From: a virus
IMG/VR virus record: IMGVR_UViG_3300022926_000007
Span: 1-64,000 of that record
DNA: 64,000 bases
Strand: one strand, 5' to 3'
Made by a program: the position numbers and the translations under genes. Shown piece after piece: positions 57,785 through 64,000 of the stretch. The number at the start of each line of letters is the position of its first letter. The first letter of the stretch is position 1. The notes under the pieces were generated by a model. The model searched no databases and was not told where the DNA came from. It saw nothing but the letters and a program-made list of their open reading frames with translations.

Positions 57785-57913
57785 TTAATCGCCTTCATTT
57801 TTATTTATAAGAGTTCTTGTTTTTTTTTTATTTTTCTTTGTAAAAAAGTTTTCAATGCTAGAAAAGAAATCATCAATAGCTCCTAAAATTCTATACATTA
57901 TTTTATCAAACAT
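57785..57913 (-). CDS. 42-aa hypothetical protein (not in the ORF track)
   Basis: MFDKIMYRILGAIDDFFSSIENFF...; GAGGT RBS. Confidence 0.45.
   Translation of the reverse strand: MFDKIMYRILGAIDDFFSSIENFFTKKNKKKTRTLINKNEGD
57802..57809 (-). promoter_or_regulatory. late promoter of gp32
   Basis: TATAAATA. Confidence 0.7.
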
Positions 57914-57932
57914 AATTACCTCTTAATATGTA

Positions 57933-58129
57933 CCTGGTGGGACTTATTGGTTTACCCACAAGCTTTCCAGAAGCGTCCAATCTAATTTTAGATGGTCTGT
58001 ACTCACAGCAAAATAGTGTGTCTTCAGCCACTAGGCCGTAACCCTCACTACCCTCGCCTTACACCCGCTTAAGCGTTGTTCAGCCACAAGGCCAATCAAA
58101 GTTCGAATCTTTAATTGTTTTAACATATT
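57933..58129 (-). ncRNA. candidate ~200-nt structured RNA
   Basis: GC-richer intergenic tract with several stems and a 15-nt internal repeat, under its own sigma70 promoter. Confidence 0.55.
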
Positions 58130-58135
58130 CTGTAT

Positions 58136-58164
58136 AATATAACACACTTTGACTAAAAAGTCAA
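58136..58164 (-). promoter_or_regulatory. sigma70-type promoter
   Basis: TTGACT-17bp-TATATT with an extended TG. Confidence 0.75.
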
Positions 58165-58167
58165 TGC

Positions 58168-59031
58168 TCATTTGATATTAAATCTCTTTTTAAATTCAGC
58201 CATATCAATATATTTTAGGTTTATGACCGTACCATCCCATTCTAATACAGGTTTATTAACTTCATTCATATCTCTTAAATTAGGGTTGACCTTGTAAAAT
58301 TGTATCTTTTTATGTGTGTTTCTACCATTAAAGTCCCAAAATGTCTGTTTCCATTGTTGTACCCAATTGACACTTGGTGTAGGTGAGTGATCTGCCACAA
58401 CATAATTGTCTGTGCCTTTGTACATATTGTTGACTTTACCAGTTGTACTATTCAAATCGTGGCCAACTAGATAAATTTCATCAGGTTGTTCTTTGACACA
58501 GGCAATATAACCTGAAGTAGGACCAGCTGCCCAACCTGGATCTTTCTTTTTATCTAATATGTCATTTATACAATTTGACTTATCATTATCTTTTATCCAA
58601 GAAATCTTAATTGTTTTTTGTTGTACGTGTTTTTTTTGTTTTGATTTATCTTTTTTAATTATGTTCACAGCACCAGCCACACTTGAACCGTGCATTACAA
58701 AATGATTTGTTTCTGGTGTTCTTTTATTTTCATAAAAGGCGCCTTCTTCTCTTGCCAATTTTATATCATCTTCACTTACACCAGACTTAATCATATTTTC
58801 ATATAGTTCAGCAGGTACTTTTGACCAGTTTCTAAAATAACATTCATTTTCATATGGGTAATCACTATGATATATTTCGTGCATTATACCTTGGTCTACA
58901 GCTACTAATACATCTGGTGTAAAATCTCTATATAGGGCATTACAACCATATATCTTACCGTGTTCTCTTAACTGTCTTAAATCTATACTTCTACGGCTTT
59001 CACCATTTCCAATACAAAATACTCTTTTCAT
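58168..59031 (-). CDS. MptE/sialyltransferase-like Rossmann-fold protein
   Basis: CIGNGESR, YGCNALYRD, LVAVD, W..G, IYLVGHD. Confidence 0.55.
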   Translation of the reverse strand: MKRVFCIGNGESRRSIDLRQLREHGKIYGCNALYRDFTPDVLVAVDQGIMHEIYHSDYPYENECYFRNWSKVPAELYENMIKSGVSEDDIKLAREEGAFYENKRTPETNHFVMHGSSVAGAVNIIKKDKSKQKKHVQQKTIKISWIKDNDKSNCINDILDKKKDPGWAAGPTSGYIACVKEQPDEIYLVGHDLNSTTGKVNNMYKGTDNYVVADHSPTPSVNWVQQWKQTFWDFNGRNTHKKIQFYKVNPNLRDMNEVNKPVLEWDGTVINLKYIDMAEFKKRFNIK

Positions 59032-59639
59032 TTGTTTACAAATACATCTTTCATAATCAGTTTACATTCTGTTTCATTAAACCGAATAAAAGGTTTTAGT
59101 CTGGTAAGCGTAGATGAGATTTTAGGCCATACAACTTTCTCGGTAATTTTTTTATTCCAATTCTTACTAAACGATAAGATTTGGTCAAGCACAATGATGG
59201 TCTGCTGAGCCGCTCTTTTTTGAATAAGTAAACGTAAAAGTCGTGGATGTTGTCCATTATGGCAAACGAAACCATCATCAAAACGAATATTATTCCGAAT
59301 AAAGTCATCACTAATCCGTACGCAATCAGCCCTAAAATGGTAGGCAAATGCTTCTTTACGCTTTTTATAATCCAAGTAAACATCTCTACCATCTCTTTGT
59401 AAAAGATTACCAACCCATCCCTTGCTATCTGTAGCAAAGTTAGCAACAAAGAAATCAAGTATATCATTTTGTCCATATTGTTTGCTCAGTTTGTGAAAGA
59501 AGTATCTATCATTTCTTTTGGTAAATGTTTCAAGTTTACAGTTGACTTTTCCACCATATTGTATATAGTCATAATTTTTTGTGGTAAAATGTAGTTTAAC
59601 ACCCAAATAAACTTTAAATACATCAAACCCTCCATACAT
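59028..59639 (-). CDS. gp59: helicase loader
   Basis: YL..KLHFT...YDY..Y.GK, RNDRYFF.KL, FFVANF; synteny with gp32 and gp33. Confidence 0.85.
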   Translation of the reverse strand: MYGGFDVFKVYLGVKLHFTTKNYDYIQYGGKVNCKLETFTKRNDRYFFHKLSKQYGQNDILDFFVANFATDSKGWVGNLLQRDGRDVYLDYKKRKEAFAYHFRADCVRISDDFIRNNIRFDDGFVCHNGQHPRLLRLLIQKRAAQQTIIVLDQILSFSKNWNKKITEKVVWPKISSTLTRLKPFIRFNETECKLIMKDVFVNK

Positions 59640-59642
59640 AAA

Positions 59643-59858
59643 TTAAATAGGCAATTGGCCACACTTCGGATACTTTAACATCCTCTTATTGGTTGCTTCT
59701 AATTTGATTTTTTCTTTTAATGATTTTGAAATAAGTTTTGATACTGTGCCTGGATCTATTTCGTTTTCTTCACAAAATAATAGCACGGCGTCCATATGAG
59801 AACACCTTTTTTCTTTGACTAGACTTTCAATTTTTAAACTAAATTCTTTACTGTTCAT
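59643..59858 (-). CDS. gp33: late transcription coactivator
   Basis: FS..IE, MDAV...CE.NEI, LISK.LKEKI..EA, LPI; start MNSK. Confidence 0.85.
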   Translation of the reverse strand: MNSKEFSLKIESLVKEKRCSHMDAVLLFCEENEIDPGTVSKLISKSLKEKIKLEATNKRMLKYPKCGQLPI

Positions 59859-59923
59859 TTCACACCTTTCATAAATGGGGGTTACTACCACTAGCGTTCA
59901 CCCCCATAGTTATAACCATTACC

Positions 59924-59952
59924 AATATAACATAATGGTCTTAAATTGTCAA
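59924..59952 (-). promoter_or_regulatory. sigma70-type promoter for gp33-gp59
   Basis: TTGACA-17bp-TATATT with an extended TG. Confidence 0.75.
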
Positions 59953-59954
59953 TG

Positions 59955-60290
59955 TTATTTTGGCGCTTCTGTTAAATCAAATGTATGAAATAATATACAT
60001 CTTTCAGCGCCACTTGGTACATCAATAGTTGCTGATGTTTGAGTACCGTCTTCAGATATATAATAAGTTATCATAAAAACAGGTTGACCACCTTCTACCA
60101 TTCCTTCTCTACCCAATGATATACTTACTGGTTTAAACTTATAATGTTTTAGATAGTTTTCTATTTTTTCTGGTGTTGAACACAAAGCTGGTATTTGTTG
60201 AAAATAATAATCACCATAATCGTCTGAATGGTCAGCATTAACAGAAAAAACAAATAAACTTAATATAAAACTTAAAATTAATTTCTTCAT
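59955..60290 (-). CDS. exported hypothetical protein
   Basis: Signal peptide MKKLIL...VNA, two cysteines, AGGAGG RBS. Confidence 0.65.
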   Translation of the reverse strand: MKKLILSFILSLFVFSVNADHSDDYGDYYFQQIPALCSTPEKIENYLKHYKFKPVSISLGREGMVEGGQPVFMITYYISEDGTQTSATIDVPSGAERCILFHTFDLTEAPK

Positions 60291-60327
60291 AGCCTCCTTG
60301 CTGATAAAACGAGGCCACCTTTTTGAT

Positions 60328-61023
60328 CTACTTGCTTATTTTATCTTTGTTTAATTCTTCATAATATTTATAAAAGCCATCAATTGCCTTCATAAGGTCT
60401 TGTTCGTAATCTTTCTTTTCTTTGATAAAACATTGTGAAGTACCATCTTCACTTGCTAATAAAATAACCACTTGTTCTATTGGTGTACCAAATGTTTCTT
60501 CATACATATGAGCATATGCTGTAGTTTGCATAAAGTAATTATCAATCCAACTTTCTTCTCTTTGTTTGTTGGCCGTTTTAAAATCAATTACAGATAGTTT
60601 ACCATTGTATTCAGCAACACAGTCCACTTGACCAGCAATTGTAAGTTTTTTACTATACATAATTGCCTCTAGTAAATGTATGTTATCTATTTGATCTATG
60701 TAAGGTTTTAATAGTTTGAATAAACCTAATGGTAACACATCACGGATTGATGGTGTTTCGTTCTTAATATATTGTTCTACTAAAGTGTGAGTAGCTTTAC
60801 CTCTACGAGCTGCTCTACCCATTTCCCATTGAGCAACTTTCTCACCAATACTGTCACGCCATTTTTGTAAACCATCTTTTTTAAGTTGGCCTAATACTGT
60901 TGTAACTGATGGATAATTTTTACCGTCTATATTGTAAAATCTAAAACCATCTACTTTCATACCTTTGGTTTTAGGAAGTAATGTCTTGTCTAAATCTATA
61001 AATTTAAATTCTTTTTTTGCCAT
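60328..61023 (-). CDS. PD-(D/E)XK exonuclease (Cas4/RecB-like)
   Basis: YPSVTTVL, RG...H, AGQVDC, IDFKT, Q..AY. Confidence 0.85.
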   Translation of the reverse strand: MAKKEFKFIDLDKTLLPKTKGMKVDGFRFYNIDGKNYPSVTTVLGQLKKDGLQKWRDSIGEKVAQWEMGRAARRGKATHTLVEQYIKNETPSIRDVLPLGLFKLLKPYIDQIDNIHLLEAIMYSKKLTIAGQVDCVAEYNGKLSVIDFKTANKQREESWIDNYFMQTTAYAHMYEETFGTPIEQVVILLASEDGTSQCFIKEKKDYEQDLMKAIDGFYKYYEELNKDKISK

Positions 61024-61053
61024 AATATTTCACCTTCATTTATTGTATTCCAT

Positions 61054-61082
61054 AATATATCATAATATAGGGCGTTTGTCAA
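61054..61082 (-). promoter_or_regulatory. sigma70-type promoter
   Basis: TTGACA-17bp-TATATT with an extended TG. Confidence 0.75.
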
Positions 61083-61130
61083 CCCTTAAATGCCCTTTTT
61101 CATATACATATTATTAAGTTCGTCAGGCGT

Positions 61131-61598
61131 TCAGTATTCGTACTTCTCGTATTGTGTCTTACCAAATTGATTTCTAAAAGCTCTCAATAGTTCTTTTCTA
61201 TTTCCTTCTTTTTTGTACGATACGTGTACCCAACCAGAGTTCGGTTCATCTGGACCTTTCCAAAACTCCAATATCATTTGGTCATAATCTAAATTTTGAT
61301 CTATCCAAATTACCAATTCTTGGTTGGAAACTCCAAAGATTTCAAAATCGGCCGCCTGGCCTTTAGCGTGCTGTGAATTTTTGCTTGAGCCAATGGCCTC
61401 ACACAATTCTTCGGATCTAAATCCGGAGCTCACACTTACGACTTTACCAAAGTGATCTCGTACTGGTTGTAAAATTTTTTCACATAATAACTTTAAAGAG
61501 TTAATTTGATCCTCATTAGGATTATTATTAATTCCTTTTCGGTCAGCCGTCTGGCTGGCAACTAGCTCTTTAAGCGTGAAGTTTTTGCTTAATATCAT
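61131..61598 (-). CDS. peptidase M15A endolysin
   Basis: SSGFRS, SQHAKGQAAD (SxHxxGxAxD), WVHVS. Confidence 0.85.
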   Translation of the reverse strand: MILSKNFTLKELVASQTADRKGINNNPNEDQINSLKLLCEKILQPVRDHFGKVVSVSSGFRSEELCEAIGSSKNSQHAKGQAADFEIFGVSNQELVIWIDQNLDYDQMILEFWKGPDEPNSGWVHVSYKKEGNRKELLRAFRNQFGKTQYEKYEY

Positions 61599-61740
61599 TT
61601 AGTTTATCCTTTGCTTTTAATTTTAACTTTTTGAGTTCTCTTAATTCAAACCAACTCTTTATACCTCTATCATTATTTCTTCTTTGTTCAATTTCATTTA
61701 CTTTGGTTTTTAGTTCTTTATGTTTTGCTTTCGCTATCAT
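61570..61740 (-). CDS. YdcH/DUF465-like coiled-coil protein, 56 aa (not in the ORF track)
   Basis: KHKELK......ELKKLKLKAKDKL; GAGG RBS. Confidence 0.6.
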   Translation of the reverse strand: MIAKAKHKELKTKVNEIEQRRNNDRGIKSWFELRELKKLKLKAKDKLNDIKQKLHA

Positions 61741-61741
61741 A

Positions 61742-62134
61742 TTAACCTCTCGTTAGTTTTAAGATTTTCTCTATTTGTGCCTTAATGATTGGACCTCTAT
61801 TAGGCCAATGTATGTAAGGCTCGTCACTTTTAGATAGATTATATAAAAATGGTAATATAATCTTTTCTAAATCTTTAAATCTTTGTTGTGTTTCTTCATC
61901 TGATATTTCTTTTGTGATAGTTTCTTTTTCTGCCACAATTTGCATTATCTCATTCATCATTGATTTGATAGATGAAACATCATCTTTGACTTTTGCTATT
62001 TCTAAATTTGAATTTTCTATGACGCTAGGGTCAATAGTTGGTTGTGTTTGTTCGGCAGGTTTTGATACTGGTGTTATACCCCAATCTTCATTAAGGTCAA
62101 ACCCCCTCATATAATCTGGTATATCGTCAGCCAT
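61742..62134 (-). CDS. conserved T4-like hypothetical protein
   Basis: ILPFL.NL.K....YIHWPNR. Confidence 0.65.
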   Translation of the reverse strand: MADDIPDYMRGFDLNEDWGITPVSKPAEQTQPTIDPSVIENSNLEIAKVKDDVSSIKSMMNEIMQIVAEKETITKEISDEETQQRFKDLEKIILPFLYNLSKSDEPYIHWPNRGPIIKAQIEKILKLTRG

Positions 62135-62135
62135 A

Positions 62136-62435
62136 TTATTTCCTTTTCCTATGTTTTGCTAATACTTGTTCTGTTTTGGATTGTTTAATAGATTTTTTAC
62201 CATATCTATCTGCTAAAGCACTTTTTGGATGTGCTTCTGCTATTCTACTTAAATTTTCTTTCCATCCACCATCCGTTTTCATTGTTATACCTGAAGCACC
62301 ACTAATAATATTTAGACCTTTAATCACCTGTGTTATGTGTGGATTCTTATCCAAATACTCTTCCATTTCAGAAATAGACATCATTTCATCATATTCTTTA
62401 TTGGTTTTCTTATTTAAAAAAGTATAAATGGGCAT
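62136..62435 (-). CDS. FmdB-like small regulatory protein (Cys-less)
   Basis: MPIY.F.N..T...M.ISE...YL..NP, D.GWK..L..I...HP. Confidence 0.6.
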   Translation of the reverse strand: MPIYTFLNKKTNKEYDEMMSISEMEEYLDKNPHITQVIKGLNIISGASGITMKTDGGWKENLSRIAEAHPKSALADRYGKKSIKQSKTEQVLAKHRKRK

Positions 62436-62623
62436 TATTTAAACCAATGATGATATGCTAGATATGGAACCAAAATAGGGTAAACTATATGTTCAACTAT
62501 TTCATATAAAACTAAAAAAGTTAATATTATTGCCCACCATTTAGATGTTTTAGCTTTATCAGCGACATAACCAAAAATCTTAGCGTGAGTTCTACCTATC
62601 TTTTGTATAAGTTTATTGAACAT
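62435..62623 (-). CDS. small membrane protein
   Basis: Hydrophobic WWAIILTFLVLYEIVEH segment; TAATG coupling. Confidence 0.55.
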   Translation of the reverse strand: MFNKLIQKIGRTHAKIFGYVADKAKTSKWWAIILTFLVLYEIVEHIVYPILVPYLAYHHWFK

Positions 62624-62624
62624 A

Positions 62625-62846
62625 TTATTGTTTAAAAGGATCTTTTGTTATAAAATACTTTTCTAGCATTTCTAATTGATCGTCATACTCAGCTATAATC
62701 TTTAATTCATTTTCAATTGTTTCTACAACATCTGGATGTTCAGCAATACCATTTACTTTTTGTAATAATATTTCAACATTTGCTCTATGTTTATCTATAT
62801 GTCCTGTAGCGTGTGATTTTAAAGCTTCTATTAATGCTTCTCTCAT
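62625..62846 (-). CDS. conserved phage hypothetical protein
   Basis: H..G.I.KH.ANVE..L....GI.EHPD...IE.EL. Confidence 0.65.
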   Translation of the reverse strand: MREALIEALKSHATGHIDKHRANVEILLQKVNGIAEHPDVVETIENELKIIAEYDDQLEMLEKYFITKDPFKQ

Positions 62847-62959
62847 TGTTCTAACTCCTTTATTTGTTCTTCACTTAATTCAGATTCTTTTAATCCTTCT
62901 CTTAACATTTGTATTTGGGGTCCCGTTATTGTTTCTGTGTAATCAAACTCTATTATCAT
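62843..62959 (-). CDS. 38-aa acidic hypothetical protein (not in the ORF track)
   Basis: ATGA overlaps at both ends. Confidence 0.45.
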   Translation of the reverse strand: MIIEFDYTETITGPQIQMLREGLKESELSEEQIKELEQ

Positions 62960-63162
62960 ACTAATCCACTCCATCCATTATCTGGTTCTATTGTTTTTTT
63001 TCTTTTAAAACTACCTTTGCCTTTTTTAGGTTTAACTACCTTTGATTTATACTTCGGTGTTCTAACCTCTTTGGCCATAGGATTAGTTTTAAAAATCCTG
63101 TTGTACTCTTCCTCGTATTTCTTATTAGTTATACGGCTTCTACCGTCCCATTTACCTGGCAT
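62956..63162 (-). CDS. ArfA-like (alternative ribosome rescue factor A) protein
   Basis: NPMAKEVRTPKYKSKVVKPKKGKGSFKRK; start moved to MPGKW. Confidence 0.6.
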   Translation of the reverse strand: MPGKWDGRSRITNKKYEEEYNRIFKTNPMAKEVRTPKYKSKVVKPKKGKGSFKRKKTIEPDNGWSGLV

Positions 63163-63724
63163 TTCCAATACTCTTTTGATACCACTCTGGAACAACTGCT
63201 GGAGCTTTCCAAGTAGCAAATCTTTGTTTCTTCATAATATAATAGTTACGATAACTACCAACTACATCACCTGGTATTTTACATTCATCTGGCATAGCAG
63301 GTGTTGGATCAGTAGCAATTTTATTTATCTCAGCATTTTTAGGTGGGTGTTTTAACAAATCACCTAGTTTTTGAATTGCTAAGTGGTTTTTTGTGTGATT
63401 ATATCTTTTTTTGTATTCTTCATTTAGAGCCATCATATGTCTATACAACCACAAATAGTTATAAGCAGATTCAAATAACCATAATGTACTAGGGTGTTTT
63501 ATCCAGCCTGCCTTATACAATACGGCCTCCATATTTGAATTAGGATGTTTCCATCTTTTTATCTTACGACCATTTTTTGTTTTATCATAGTATTCTGTAC
63601 CATCTAATACTCTATGACAAGTAGATAACAATTGTGCTGATTCTAAAATCATTTTGACCACGTGTTTATCACAACTCATTTGAGCAGCTTTAATAGGGTC
63701 TTTATCTAAGTAAAATATATTCAT
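63152..63724 (-). CDS. denV: pyrimidine-dimer DNA glycosylase / endonuclease V-like
   Basis: MNIFYLD...DKHVVKMILESAQLLST, HP...W, EY..RY...H, AMPD, YR.YY. Confidence 0.8.
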   Translation of the reverse strand: MNIFYLDKDPIKAAQMSCDKHVVKMILESAQLLSTCHRVLDGTEYYDKTKNGRKIKRWKHPNSNMEAVLYKAGWIKHPSTLWLFESAYNYLWLYRHMMALNEEYKKRYNHTKNHLAIQKLGDLLKHPPKNAEINKIATDPTPAMPDECKIPGDVVGSYRNYYIMKKQRFATWKAPAVVPEWYQKSIGNAR

Positions 63725-63733
63725 TGTACCTCC

Positions 63734-64000
63734 CTAATATACAGCATTTTCATATTTTGTTTGTTTATTTAATTTGCTTTCAACATTATCTATTTTTTTG
63801 TATAAGATAATTAAATCATTTTTCAATTGTTTCATATACATTGATAAATCATAGTCTATACTACCCAACTCTTTTTTTACATCATTTAATTTTTCATCAA
63901 TAAATGAATTGTCAACTGTACTTTCTACTTTTACATCAAGCACTTTATCTTCTAGCATAACCAAACTACGTTTTACTTTTGTTTCAGACTCTTTAATATT
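63734..64000 (-). CDS. hypothetical coiled-coil protein (5' end probably outside the window)
   Basis: Reading frame stays open from 63964 to the window end. Confidence 0.55.
   Translation of the reverse strand, partial: NIKESETKVKRSLVMLEDKVLDVKVESTVDNSFIDEKLNDVKKELGSIDYDLSMYMKQLKNDLIILYKKIDNVESKLNKQTKYENAVY

Noticed and set aside
60328-61023. CRISPR-Cas system suggested by the Cas4-like nuclease
   Set aside because: No repeat-spacer array or other cas genes were seen; this exonuclease is a common T4-like phage gene

Overview
This is an AT-rich segment of a large T4-like myovirus genome, most likely a marine alphaproteobacterial (SAR11/pelagiphage-type) phage; its tRNA-His lacks G-1 and has G1:U72 and A73. 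From left to right it contains: tail-fibre genes; an ~18 kb divergently transcribed enzyme island (2OG-Fe oxygenases, PLP enzymes, desaturase, radical SAM, carbamoyltransferase, glycosyltransferases, nitroreductases); fibre and baseplate genes (a VrlC/DUF4815-like protein split at a Hint domain, gp8, gp7, gp6, gp25, PAAR); an early accessory region with tRNA-His, a glnA-type glutamine riboswitch, a candidate sRNA and a half-size Na/Pi transporter; gp5, gp53, gp48, gp4, a tape-measure-like gene, gp26, gp54 and gp2; then gp32, gp59, gp33, an exonuclease, an M15 endolysin, and ArfA-like and DenV-like genes. The most notable observations are an apparent -1 frameshift that fuses gp26 to a gp51-like tail, a dense GGCC cluster over the gp5 region, two TauD-like enzymes with an H-x-N motif, the Hint-split virion protein and several unannotated structured RNAs. 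All assignments come from motif recognition by eye; no searches were run.
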